From: Vicugna vicugna | Lineage: Eukaryota | Direction of reading: 5' to 3' | Length of the DNA stretch: 64,000 nt | NCBI GenBank assembly: GCA_013265495.1 | Contig: MU058065.1 | Location: forward strand, 1-64,000 | Translations under genes and position numbers: made by a program | Shown here: positions 38,646 through 51,750 of the stretch, piece by piece | Layout: the number at the start of each line of letters is the position of its first letter | How positions within the stretch are numbered: position 1 is the first letter of the stretch | The notes under the pieces: generated by a model | The model's database searches: none | Told to the model about the DNA's origin: nothing | What the model saw: only the letters and a program-made list of their open reading frames with translations

Positions 38646-39630
38646 ACCTATAGCTGGGTGGGTAGGTGGATGGATACCCAAATGGAAATTGAGAGGAAGA
38701 ATGATTCAAAATATTGTTCACATATTTCATTTTACTTGACTCCTAGACTACCTGTATAAAATATGACTATAACATTATATCTTTAAGTATATGGCATAAA
38801 ATACATTATACACATACAAATACATGTATACATATCTAAAGACAAGATTTAAAGGAAATACATAAAAACAGCAACAGATAATATGGGGAAGGTAACGTTG
38901 TTGTCGGAGTAAAGCATTAAGAAGGCTTCTCCTATTTGGCACATGTTAGTGTTTTTAAATTGCACTCCAGATGAACATCACTGTTTCTTCAGAATCTGTG
39001 TTGTGATTCAACTCTTCTTCCAAACAAAGTGAGAAGTTGTGCCAAATTAAATGAAAGCAACAGGTAAGTGAAATTACACAGAAAATAAATGAATAACCGT
39101 CTCCCCACCTACACTTAACTGGGGCACGGACGTTAGAGAGTCTGTGTTAATTCTGCAGGTGAGGCTTGTGTTCTTTTCCTCACCAGACACTTCACAGCAT
39201 CAGACACATCCTGGAGTTCCCATTCCCGTATCTTCCAAATTCACTGTCGAGTAGATTCTATTTGCCCCCAAATCTCTCCGTCTGCTCTGTGCCACCCCAT
39301 GTCACCCCAGCCTCTGGGACAATCTAGGGAAGTGGTTAGATGGCTGGGGACTGAATCCCGGGTCTGACCTGGGGAATCAATGAGAACCTTCACCAGCTGC
39401 CCCGACAGCCACTGTCTTAGCTCAGCTCTCTCTCTGCGTGGCCTGTCCCAGCCTGTTTCCACCATCATGTGACAAGTCAGTCTCCGTAACAAGCAAACCT
39501 GATCCCAATCCCCAAACCCTGACACCTCCATCACCCCCTTAGACCCAAATATGTTTTAATGCTCCCTCTATTTTTTTATAATGGAGTTTATAAATAGCAT
39601 ATTCACATACACACTTTCAAAAACAGACAA

Positions 39631-39745
39631 GGGAGGGTATAGCTCAGCAGTATAGTGTGTGCTTGTTCAATCCCCAGTACCTCCATTAAAAAATAAATAA
39701 GTAAAAACCTAATTACCCACCCCCCCAAAAGAAATTAAAAAAAAA
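39631..39745 (+). mobile_element. Vic-1-like SINE with an internal deletion
   Basis: gggagggtatagctcagcagtatagtgtgtgctt joined directly to gttcaatccccagtacctcc. Tail aaacctaattac. Flanking aaaacagaca / aaatacagaca are probable TSDs. Confidence 0.88.
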
Positions 39746-39769
39746 TACAGACACATAACATACACACAC

Positions 39770-40435
39770 CATCTCAACTCAATATAATGCCCGAGTTGTG
39801 AAAATAAGAAAAACAATGTTTAATTCACGATAACATACTATGAATTTATGAGAGCTCAGGCACAGCGCCAGCAGAGGACACACGAAGCTGTCCTTTGCCT
39901 GCCCCTATGTGTGGAGTCTGCATGGAGGTGAGACTCACAGATGCAGGTGGGCACAGACGGGCTTTCTGTGACTCAAGCACCACAGGCAGGGCTCCATCGG
40001 AGACATGACTTTACATGAGGGCAGCTAACTTTTGACTCCAAATAAAGCAAAGTACAATTTTCCCTTAAGTTACATTTACAATTCGAGTTACAATTTTCCT
40101 GGAAAAGTCATTGTATATTAAGTCCATGCCAAAGCAGAAAATCTTTGTGTTTATATGAAAAGCACAATTAGGTTTTCAGCTCAGATAATCACAAACAGCT
40201 TTTTCACCTACACTAACGTCCTTTCGACAGATTGGGAGTGGGGCCGGGTGTGCAGGACCATTCTTGTTGGAGGGGACTGTCCTGCACGCTGCAGGGCAGC
40301 TAACACCTCTGGGTCCCCGCACACCAAGTGCCGGGAGCACCCCCACTAATCATTACGTTAACTAAAAACAACCCTGCAAATTTCCAAAATCCTTCCTGGG
40401 GTCCAAGCCACCGATCCCAGTGGAAAACCATGGCT
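39770..40435. mobile_element. hAT-Charlie family DNA transposon remnant
   Basis: Terminal text accattcttgttggaggggactgtcctgcacgctgcagg...caaatttccaaaatcc...aaaccatgg resembles MER20/Charlie-type ends; subfamily uncertain. Confidence 0.55.
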
Positions 40436-41139
40436 TAGTGCACAGCAAATGCTTATGAAACGTCTGTGGAATTGATGACCTTTAATCATAAGGCCTCAAA
40501 AATATTTCTTTTCAAAGTACTTCTCATGTGACTATGCCATGCACAAATTCCAAGGATTCCAAGTAAATCTACAACATATTGAACTGATATGCGAGAAGAA
40601 TGTCCCACCACAACTGAAATGCACACGGGGAGTTAGAACGTTTGAAAAAGGCCGTGATCACTTCCACATTGCGCTATGGGAGAATAAACGCAACCTGGCA
40701 TGTGAAAAACACTCCGCCATCTGCTGTTACTACAGGCAGAAATATTTCTGGAAACCACGCAAATGATTATGTGCAGATCACCTCCAGAAAGTAAATGTAA
40801 AATGAAAGAGAAGTTGGATTGTTTACAGCCTGATTTAAACATGTGCTACTGTTATGAAGCAAACAGACGTTCCTGTGAGCTCAGCCTCTTGGAAGTATTT
40901 TCAGAAACAGTGTCATGACTAGAAATCCCACAGTCCTATGGCAACTGGGCTCTTTGAAGTTGCAGAAAGAGGCTGGCTTAGGTGACCCCAATTAGTAGGA
41001 GTTCATCCTGGGGTGCACAAGGAAGAGAAAAAGGCAAGGAACAGTCTCTGCTGTGAACTGTGGAAGGGACTTCTCCATTGTGCTTGTACGCGCCAAAACA
41101 CAGATGGATGGGCTGCCCCTGCCAGGTGGTAGACTGAAT

Positions 41140-41345
41140 CCACGAGTTCTCAACACTGGCTACACATTAGAATCTCTTAAAGAGATGGTAAAAGTCACAG
41201 CTTCTTGGACTCCACTCCCAGAGAGTCTGCAGAATTGCTTTAGCGTGGGACCCTAACACTGTGCGTGTGTTCGGTTACTTTCTGATGATGTTAGTTTTAA
41301 CTCCCTGGGAGATTTTAACGTGTTAAGGTTGAGGACCACTGATCT
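41140..41345. mobile_element. MER5-like hAT remnant
   Basis: gttctcaacactggctacacattagaatc...ctccctgggagattttaac...gttgaggaccactg. Confidence 0.65.
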
Positions 41346-42009
41346 TAAGCCAAAATTCAGATTTTAACGATGAGATTTCAGCTGGTATAGTAGGCCAACA
41401 AGAAAAACATTTCGAGTGTAGGCAATATTCTACCCTAACAAAGTACCCCATAGAAGTAACATCTGTTTCCCCTCCTGGTAAACTGGTTTTAATATATTCT
41501 GTAACGCCACAAGAGAGTAAGTGCAGCTCTGAAAATACATGTAAGGAAACATGTGAACTTACTCCAGAAGATTTACAAGTTCTTTGGACTTACAAAAACA
41601 TGATAATCTAGCTAATGGACTCACATATTCAAGAGAGTCACAGACACATGGTCCAAGACGATGACGGAGAAGAGCTAAGGGAATCCCCGAATCCCTAAAT
41701 CCAACAGAAAGACTGGGAGACAAAACTGGATCATAAAGCTAGCCTGTAATTTCAGAAAAGGTAAATTCCAAATGTGGTTAAATCTGGTCTGAATCAAAAT
41801 TCTAACTGTGAATGCCCCTCCTACTGTTGTAACTCAGAGACCTGGGCAAGCCATGGACATCACATCCTGCTCCTTCAGCAGCTTCCCCGGGGCGCTTGTA
41901 AGGCACGGTTAATGCTAAGAGCACAGAACCACCAGCTACAAAGTTTTGAAAACTGCCCATGAGAGAACTTGTTTACCCAAGACAACATGCTAGGCTGAAC
42001 ATCTGTGGA

Positions 42010-43290
42010 CAAAATTAACCCTAGTGAAGCCAGGACACCCATATGAGCTTATCTCAGGAACGCTGTCACAAAGATACACAGTCTCACCTCTGACGGAGGC
42101 CCAAGAAGGGTGGACGTTCCCTCATCTCCCTTCCTGGCAGCCAGAGCACAGACACGGGACCTATACTTGGCCCAAGAGATACACCTCAAACCTAATGTTG
42201 ACAATCTAGTGACTAGAGTCCAGTGAAGCAGCAACAGTGACAACAAGTGTCCATTCAGCTCCCACAGGTTTTTGCAGCCCAGGATGTCAGTACTCTCAGT
42301 AATTCTAGAAGCTACTTGATATCCTTCCAGTAAGTCCTTCCGTGGTTGAGAAAGCCAGAGTTAATATCTACGGTTTTCAACCAAGAATCCTGACTGGTAA
42401 GGTGCAGGCACATATGTGGATGTCAAGGAGAGAAGTGGCTCTATTTTCTCTAGAATTGCTACCCTTTGGATGATGTAAGACGGGAGCTGCTGGTCAGCTC
42501 TGCCACCGTGTGGAGAGAGCTTTTTTAAGAATGAAGCTATGGTGGACAGATTCTAAGATGGGCCCTGGCGATCCCTGATTCCTGGTATTCACGCCCTTCA
42601 AAAATCCTTTCTCCCTGACCACGGATGGGACCATGACTTGCTTCTAACCCACAGGATACAGCATGCCACTTCCACAATTATGTTACATAAGACTGTAATT
42701 TCTGCCTTGCTAGCAGACTCATCCTTGCTGGCTTTGAGGACAGAAGCTGCCGTATCTATCGTGAGCTGCCCTGTGGAGAGGTTCAGGCAGCAAGGAAATG
42801 AGGACGGGCTTTGAGTGACACCTGACAGCAGGGCCCTCAGTCCAACAACCCACACGTACTGAGTTCTTTCAAAAACTACATAAGCTGGGAAGCAGATCTT
42901 TCCCCGGTCAAGCCTTCAGATGAGACCTCAGTGCTGACTGACACCTTTGTTGCAGTCTTGTGAGAAGGCCTGAAACCCAAGACCCGAAGAAGCCACATGC
43001 AGCCTCGTGACCCACAAACATCATGAGATAATAAATATGTGTTTTAAGCCATTATGTTTAATGTAACTTGTTACATGGCAATAGATAACTAACACAGATG
43101 TCAACACAGGGGAAAAAACAGAGCCAGGAGATAGCGACAGAATCCTGGTGACATTGCTTGAGCTGAACCCCAGCACATCTGAAGTCTCTGAAACCATGAA
43201 ATGTACCACTGGAAATTTTAACTGTGTAAGCCAGTAGAGGTCCTTTATTTTGATCACGTTACTTTGAGCCAGGTTTCTTTAAATTGTCAT
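42010..43290 (+). mobile_element. Cluster of MaLR LTRs: an MLT1E/F-like LTR (~42539-43096) nested in older MLT1J/K-like remnants
   Basis: Inner LTR tggtggacagattctaagatgggccc...gacttgcttctaaccc...aagccttcagatgag...ttgttacatggcaatagataactaacaca. Flanks carry older MLT1 text (aagaatgaagcta | gtcaacacagggga...aatcctggtgacattg). Confidence 0.75.
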
Positions 43291-43593
43291 TAAAAGCATC
43301 TCCATTAAGGTGTCCAAAGAAGACAGAGGCAATGTAGAACCAACAGATCTCGAAGATGCAAAGAGAGTTCTGCTCTACACTACGTTAGTTCCAGTGTTGG
43401 AACTCCGGGTGGAATGGAAGACTTGAATATTCTAATAAAAGTGTCAAAAAGGATGTTACCACACTAAAGAAATATTAACCCAGATGTTCAAGTCACTGAA
43501 TGAATTCCCAGAACCTACACCCTTGTATTAGACATGGCTCCATTCTTCATGTGTGGGAGACAATACAAATAATATTTCAAGAATTACAGGAGA

Positions 43594-43702
43594 GTGGGGA
43601 GGGTGTAGCTCAAGTGGTAAAGCATGCACGAGGTCCTGGGTTCAATCCCCAGTACCTCTTTTAAGAATAAGTAAACATAATTTCCTCCCTCTCCCACCAA
43701 AA
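43594..43702 (+). mobile_element. Vic-1-like SINE with a short internal deletion and a perfect 15-bp TSD
   Basis: ggggagggtgtagctcaagtggtaaagcatgcacgaggtcctgggttcaatccccagtacc. TSD aagaattacaggaga at 43579-43593 and 43703-43717. Confidence 0.93.
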
Positions 43703-44777
43703 AAGAATTACAGGAGAAAACACATATAAACGTGTTCCATATAATGCCTAACACATTGTAGGTATTAAATGTGAACCAAAATCCACCTTTCTAAATTGAG
43801 AAACACTACTTTTAAGTACTGATTTACTAGATGTATCCAAGAGCTCTTTGAAATCTGTAGATTTATGCAGTAAGTTGTTATTCTCAGGGACTTTGATGTG
43901 CTCAAACTGGTTTGAGCTTTACCAGCCATTCTTCTTGTAACCACAGAAGACCACTCAGGGGCACTGAAGTGGTGGTAGCTCTTTCAATGAGCCAGACACT
44001 GATTTCAGGACTTTTCTGTGTTATCTTTTTAGATCTCCCAAGAAACCCATGAGATGGGTACTGTTAATTGGTCCCACTTACCAGATGTTAAATTGAATCT
44101 TCGAAAAGTAAAACCAAGGGCCAGGGTTATGAACTGGAGAGCTAAGAGAAAGTGAGAGTGGAACTCAATAAATGTGTCTTCAAAGAAGAAAATTCAGTAA
44201 TGGATACAGCTCACTGTATGGATACAGCTTCTGCCTGCCTTTGCACAGCCTCTGTGCATCTGGGAAAGCATAATTAGGATGTATGATCTGCAGCGAGGAA
44301 CATGAGAACAAGATCCCAAATGTACGGCTAGGAGCCATGTAATTGTCACGTAACACAAGTCTAACAATGTAATGGATCATGTTTTACCCACAAAACACTT
44401 CCAAAAAATGAAATACTCTGATTTCTAATTTGTACACCTCAGCAAACTTTTTCAAAAAAACAGTGTGTGCCTCCTTCACATCTACTGAAAGATCTGTTTC
44501 ACCAGGTGGTTTTAATCATCTTTAGTATTTTCTAAGTTCTTTTGCTGCCCGTTCCTTATCCAGTCTTCGTCGTCACCTTTTTTTTTTTAACAGTTGATAC
44601 TGAGCTGAACCTTAAGAAAATTCAACTGAAACTAACAAGGAAAAATTATGAAATGCAGATCCAAAGGGGACCTTGAGCCATCATCCAAAATGAAACCTCT
44701 CAGAAGGATCTTGGAAGAATATGCCTCTCTCACCCAGGTAGGGGACAACAGCTCTCGTGAGTCTTCTCAGATTGAAC

Positions 44778-45612
44778 AGAGCTGTGCCCACTTCATCCAT
44801 GATTTCACTTTCCAAAGTTTCAGTTACCAACAGTCAACCGCAGTCCAAAAATATTAAATGGAAAACTCCAGAAATAAACAATTCAGAAGTTTTAAACTGT
44901 GTGCCATTCTGAGCAGCCTGATGAAACCCGTCGCCGTCCTGCTCTGTCATGCCCAGGACGTGGATCATCCCTTTGTCCAGTAAATACACCTGTTAGTCAC
45001 TTGGGAGCCATCTGGCTTATCAGACTGACTGTCTCAGTAATGCAGTGCTTGTGTTCAAGTCACCCTTATTTTATTTAATAAAAGCCCCACAGCACAAGGG
45101 TAGTGATGCTGACAAATCGGGTATGTCAGGGAAGTTGGAAAGTGCTTTCCTTTAAGTGAAAAAGTGAAAGTTCTCAACTGAACAAGGAGACAGAAATAAT
45201 TGTATGCTGAGGTTGTTAAAATCTACGATGAGAACAAATTTTCTATTCATGAAATTGTGAAGAAGGAAAAAGAAATCTGCTAGTTTTTTGCTGTCACACC
45301 TCCAACTGCAGAAGTTTCGTTGTCACAGTGCGTGATAAGAGCTTAGTTAAGATGGAAAAGGTATTAAATTTGCACAATAAGATATGTTGAGAGAGAGACC
45401 ACATACACATAACTTTTATTACAATATACTGTCATAATTTTATTATTAGTTATTGTTGTTAATCTCCTCCTGTGCCTTATTTATACATTAAGTATTATCA
45501 CAGGTATGTATGTAAAGGGAAAAAATATGTATATAGTTTGGTACTGTCCATGATTTCAGGCATCCACTGGGGGTCTTGGAAGGCATCCCCCAAGGATAAG
45601 GGGGGACCATTG
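44778..45612 (+). mobile_element. MER44/Tigger7-derived DNA transposon with a degenerate transposase N-terminus
   Basis: tttcagttacc...aaaatattaaatggaaaactccagaaataaacaattc; degenerate HTH-coding text aagtgctttcctttaagtgaaaaagtgaaagttctc...gctgaggttgttaaaatctac; right terminal inverted repeat ggataaggggggacca. Confidence 0.85.
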
Positions 45613-47369
45613 TTCTCAGTACAAGACAAACCTGTATCATCTGAAACACCATTACAAACAATGTCTTTAACGTCTGTTATAGAGTGTATAATCAATATAC
45701 TCAAGACACCTGACAGCAATCATATGTGGTGGGCTCCGAGAGACACTGGAGTGGAATTTACGAATTGTAAATGAATTTTTACCACCTCTTATGGAAAATC
45801 TTTAAAATTACTGCTACAATGAAAAAAGCTTTAAACTCAATGTTCCAAGACAGGTGTGTTCACACTTCCTGTGTCTCGCTATATCCTTCCAATCTCTGTG
45901 GCTGTGATTTCAGTCATTTCCCGATCCCTGCAAAGACACTTTAAATCTTTTGCCATGAAAGTCACTTCATGCCTAGCTGTGAGAGTCTCACATTAGAGAT
46001 CTGATAATTTCAGAAGATGAATAATACCACTATTATTAGTGTAAAATACCCGAGGAAAACAAGACCAAATAAAAGCCGTAACAATCACCGTGATGAAGAA
46101 AAGTTTTCTGCCTTCAGAAAACCCACAGTTCTTTACTGGCAGGAGGAAGAACTGTATACAGTACCATGTACGCCACTTAGCTTTTCCATATGAACACGTT
46201 CCCCTGAGTAAGATTAGGAGAAATGCAGGAGTCAGGCATAATGAGTCAATGAGAAATGTGGTGAGGACTCATAATAGTCTATGATCCTTACTTTCCCACT
46301 CCCAACTGGACTCTTGAATTAACGTGGGGACTTTTCATGTTCCACAGTGCTGCTCCGTCACCAACTACCTAGATGGGTGAGCCCTGAGGAATCTCACACT
46401 TTCTCAAGGTGAACGGTCTTCCACATCTAATCTCTCTTCACCCTTCTTTCAGCAGCACACAGAGGGGGAAAAACAGAAAGAGGCTGCCACGAGTCAGCCA
46501 TCAAGGCAGAGAAACCAGACATGGTTCCTATTAGCAACCTACTTCACCACAAGTGCACTCGTGGTACCTATGTTGAAATGACTTTAAGGCAATTCTCTAA
46601 TGGGAAGGAAGAAAGGGAGGGGGAGGGAGAGAGAGAGAGAGAAAGAAAAGAAAAAGAAAAGGAAACACTAGTAATAGCCAATTTCTATCAACACTACACT
46701 GGTTATTAGTAAAAAGATGGACTGGACAATGTTCATTTTTAATTCATAGACTCTACTTGTGTATTCAGTACAAAAGAGCATGGCAAGTTTATAAAGTCAT
46801 TTTTCTGCCGCCCGCATAGTGCTGAATTATTTAAAACTCATTTGAAAAACACACACACACCTGACGGTTTTTAAAATACCGTTTGACAACAGCATTTTCA
46901 ACATCTATAAAAATATGTGCTAGAAAAGCAGATTCTGTACACACAGTCTTTCATTAGCAAGTCCTAAAGTATTTTTACCCACTGGTGCATCACACTTCAC
47001 AAAATCACTTGAGAGAAACAGGAAGAAATGTGACCCTTTGTTCAGAGTTCAAATTACTTGCTTTCTACCATACAATGAATTTACATCACCCACAAAGTAA
47101 AATTAACTGGTTGGTCAAAATCTGCACAACGTCAGTTATACTGGGACACCTTCCTTCAAAAGTTACAGGATCGAAGTCCTCACAAACTGACACTCAGTAG
47201 GATCTCATCAAATAAATTCTACAACTTTGGATGCAATACTGATGCAGCTGGTGGAATACATCAGAGAAACTCAAAGACTTCTTAAAAAATTCTATATCCA
47301 ATACTGTTTGGATCACAAAGCCTCCATAATGTTTTCTTTTAAAAAGAATTTTTGGTTTTAACAATATCA

Positions 47370-49530
47370 GTCCAAGACTTTAGTAATTTTAAAAAGTGGT
47401 CTCTTAAGACAGAAATAAAATTTGTATCCAAATATATATCCTTTTAGAAGTTGATCTAGCTTCTTCCATATCAATGCTTACATCTCCTTTTTCATTTCTA
47501 CTAGTTCAAGTTTTCTTTCTAATTTTCTTAATTAAACCTGCCACAAGCTTGCCTACTTCATTTGTCTTTTTAAAGATATGGCCCTCCAATTATCTATTCT
47601 ATCATTTTTTTTCCTGCTCAGTTTATTAAGTTTTGCCTTTATCAAGTCCATCTTCCTCTAATCTTTTATTTATTCCTTTTCTAGCTTCTTAAGTTGAGAA
47701 CTTCATTTGTTTACTTTTAAAAATTTCTTGCTATAATATAAAAAGCACTTAAGAGTTTCACATGGAGTGTTCTGTTTATTTCTAAAGTTTTTAAAGAATT
47801 TCCTCTTAATCAGGGAGTTATTTAAATTTCCAAGTGATTATAATTACTGAGATTGTTTTCTTCCTTTTGCTCACATTTAAAGTCTTTATTATTACTTTGT
47901 GATCAGAGATTATGGCCTATGAAGTCTGTATATAAAGGAGATTGAAGCTGCCTTTGTAGCCTGGTACACACTCAGGTAGGCATGTATGGTATCCGTGTAG
48001 GATGAGGCTGGGCCACGGGGCCATGCATCGCGGGGCACCGAGGGGCAGTTTCACTGTTCTAGCCCCATTGCCGAGCTGTCCTTCAAGTCTCCTGAATGTT
48101 CAGTTTTCCCTTTCCTCGTTTGAATTGACTTTGCCTTCTAGCTCTGCACTCAGATTTTGGATCTGACTTCTTTCCTTACTGTTCACTCTAGACTTCTGAA
48201 CTTGAGTCAGTAACTCAGCAATTTTTACTTTGCCTATTGTCTTTAGCTGGGCCAGCCACCCCACACTGTCTTTATTTAATAAACATACATTTACTGAGTA
48301 ACCATGATGTGCCAAGTACTGTTTAAGACACTGAGGATAGGCAGCGAATGGACAGATTACAGCTCTGCCCTCCTGGAACTTGGGAGGCACAAGCAAGTTA
48401 AGATTCATGAAAATACACTATTTCTATTTTAATAACTCAATTTTCCACTGTAAATAATGCATGCTCACTATAGAGAATTTGACCCCAAAAAAGGTTAAAG
48501 AACAATGATAAATAATTCTATAACATTGAGTTAATAACTAATAATTATTTTTATGTTTTTCTTTAGTCCTTTTTATGACTCTTCTTACTTTGGGAAAAAA
48601 TGAAACCTTATCATATACAACACTTTGTATTCTACTTTCTACCCTTATCTTGAGGATTTTCCAATTCCATAAAAATGATCTCTGAAAATAACACTTTAAT
48701 GGCTATATAATATTCTATTACATCATGATTAATTGATCTGTTTACCTACTACTGGATATTTAGGTGTTTTCCAATTTCCCAACACTTCATGAAAATAAAT
48801 ATACTTACATCAATCCTTTTTCGTATTTATGGTTATTTATAATTTGGACAATTTTCTAGAAAGGTAATTACCAATTTAAAGGGTATAAACTTTTTACACC
48901 TCTTGATAATATTTCATCAAATTACTTTTCAGAAAGTTTGTATCTAAACACAGTCCCATCAGTTGTTTATGTGAACTCCCATTTCATCAAATTCTTAACA
49001 ACAGTGACAATTTTTTAATCTTGTCAGTTTAATAAGTGAAATAGACTATTTTAACTTTCCTTGTTTGGTCAACAATGAAATTTTATGTTATACATTTCTT
49101 AGCCACTGATCTTCTTCTATAAATTGTCTTTTGATGGACTTTTTCCTTGTAGGTAGTATTATTCGTCACAAAGATTTGATCCTCTTTTTCCAAATTTATT
49201 TCTACATTTTTTTGTCTTTTGTTTTAACTTATAATCTATAATCTGGGAAAACTAGTTGCTTTTGCTTTCATCTAAGGTTATGTTCATTATTTTTATGTTT
49301 AGAAATTTCTTCCCAACTCAAGAACTGAAAAGTTTCCCTCACATATTATTAGATATCTTTCAGATGCTGTTTCTTCAATCTTCCAAACATAATCTGTAAG
49401 AAATTTGTTTTGGACTATAGTGAGTTAAAGCTGTAAGTTTAGCTTCTTCCAAATGGTTAGATAATTCTTCAAGTACCATTTGTTAAATAATTCTTATTTT
49501 CCCCACTGATTTATAATGTTATATTTATTA
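47370..49530 (-). mobile_element. Highly decayed L1 (L1ME-like) fragments interrupted by L2-like sequence near 48270-48390
   Basis: T-rich antisense L1 text (tttctagcttcttaagttgag, ggatatttaggtgttttccaattt, aattacttttcagaaag); L2 end aataaacatacatttactgagtaaccatgatgtgccaag. Confidence 0.55.
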
Positions 49531-51094
49531 CGTTTGTGACCTATTCTGCCCTAGAAAGATGGAGGGGAAAAAAGTGTGCCTGAGAATCAAAGAATCATGG
49601 TAATATAAATAATAGAAGACACAGATATTGCTAGAAATAAAACGTGTTATTTATTTGACCTGTGTGTTATAAATGACTACAAAATTAAAATGCTCTCCTC
49701 TTGAATTCAGAGGGGAACAAATGTCCACTTAAAGAGAGATAAATTAGAATCAAATTATTTATCTCTCATATAAGCTAATGAGAAGCCAACTTTAAATGGA
49801 AGGAACGTTCATGTAGTCTGCAGCCTGCTCTCAGCTGGTTATCACAGAATAATTGATGTACTAATGATTTCAATTCATAGCACTGACTGTCTTCACTTTG
49901 CATAATTTGAACCAAACCTGAATGTAAATGGAAAACAGTCCTCTTGCCTATTTAACTCCCATGACTTTTAACTAAAAATCACTGAATACTGGAAAAGAGG
50001 AAGGAAGAAATTAGCAAATATAAAGAACTTTCTTATTTAAAAACATTCCTCCTTATACTGAAATGGGAAGAATTAGGTAAATACATCAGAAATCTCCAGA
50101 GATGTGATTTATCATCTTATTAGTTGAGAGTGAATGTTTAATTGTGTAACGTTTATCGCCAATAGTGTCTCCTGAAAAAAATTCCAAGTAGACCAAAGTA
50201 CATATTCTAAATACTCCAAAGGGAAATAAATGTGCTTCACAGGATTCATCCCTCTTTTAATAAAAAAAATATATATGTATTGGTAAGAAAAAAAATCAAC
50301 TCACATAATTGCTACAATTGGTAATTAACTTCACAGATTAAAAAAAACACCCTTTTCCTGTAAAACACACAACACAGAGCTCTTTAATTTAATCAGATGC
50401 ACTTACAGATATCGCCTTTTAACCTAGGGCATACGACACTTTTTGATTTTTAAAAAACTCTGTCTTTTAAAATAACCTCTAGTCATCATTACAGGAGACA
50501 GCCAGTACAGTAAACCCAAGTCTCGCACCTGTCACCAAGTCCCCAGAACTGATCATTAACAAGCCTGGTTAGTTAAGTACAGATTAGGTAGGTGCTCTCA
50601 CCCACACACCCACAATTACATCACAGCATGATGGCCAATTAGTTTCAACCTGGGTAGTGAACCGTATTCCAGACAACTCTGCATTCGACTGGAAAAACAG
50701 CTGCTTCCTTATTTCCACCTACCGCTCTTCACTATTATTCCGAGCCAGCCAAGTGGGTGAAGCAGGCCTGAAACAAGGTCTGACTAATTTACAGACAGCA
50801 GGAGTCCTCCACGCTGGTGCGCTCTGGTTGAGATGGAAATCTCTCATATCTACCTCCGTGTGTGACGTGTACCTTTTACAATGGAGCCACAGCAGGACTG
50901 TCTAGTTACAGAAAAAAACAGTATGTGTTCATTCGCCTAAATTACAACTTGCTTAGAAACCATGCCACATGGCTAACTGAACACTGCTTCTGAGTTATAA
51001 GGGGGCAAATAAAAAGCAGTTAATGCTTATACACATAGACATTCAGGCATGATTATAACTCTTCATTCAAAACAAAACCAGCTGTCACAGCCAA

Positions 51095-51461
51095 GAGGAC
51101 TGAATTTTGTCCCCACTCAAATATGTCAATGTGATGATATCTGGAGACGAGGCCTTTGGGAGATAATTAGGTTTAGAGGAGGTCGTGAAGGTGGGTTCTC
51201 ATGACGGTATCAACGCCCTTACACTAAGAGACACCAGAAAGCGAGAGTTCCCCCACCCCACCCCACCCCTGTCCCCACCAAGTGCCATGTGAAGACAGTG
51301 AGAAGGCAGCCATCATCCAGCCAGGAAGAGAGTCCTGGACAGAAACCAACCATGTTGACACCTTGATCTTGGACTTCTAGCCTCTAGAACTGAGAAAATT
51401 AAGTTCTGCTGTTTAATCCACTCCACCTATGGTGTTCTGCTATGGCAGCCCGAGCTAAGAC
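51095..51461 (+). mobile_element. MLT1A-like MaLR solo LTR inserted into an L1 3' end
   Basis: ggactgaattttgtcccc...ggcctttgggagataattaggtttaga...accttgatcttggacttctagcctctagaactgag...atggcagcccgagctaagaca. Confidence 0.85.
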
Positions 51462-51750
51462 AACAGCCCAAGGAGACATGAAGACTAAATGTCACGTGGT
51501 ATTCCAGAGACGAACCCAGAACAGAAAAAGGACGTCATGTAAAAAGTTGGGAAACCTGAATAAAGTGTGGAGTTTAGTTAATTAAGAATCTGTCATGTGG
51601 CTCATTAATTGTAACAAATACACCATACTAATGTTAAGATGTCAAAATTAGGTGAAACTGGGTACAGGTTACACGGGAGCTTTCTGTATATCTTCACAAT
51701 TTCGCTGTAAATTAAAGTCATTCTAACAAATAAAATTTACTTAAAATACA
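51462..51750 (+). mobile_element. L1MC/MD-like 3' end
   Basis: aaggagacatgaagactaaatgt...gaacagaaaaaggac...tgaataaagtgtggagtttag...ttaattgtaacaaatacaccatactaatg. Confidence 0.75.

Noticed and set aside
44200..44229. Direct repeat atggatacagct twice with 18-bp period
   Set aside because: Only two units, so a local microduplication rather than an array; nothing CRISPR-like in this mammalian sequence.
45085..45375. Transposase-like HTH coding remnant as a possible domesticated Tigger gene
   Set aside because: The start codon is lost, there are frameshifts and stops, and it lies within a non-autonomous MER44-type element.
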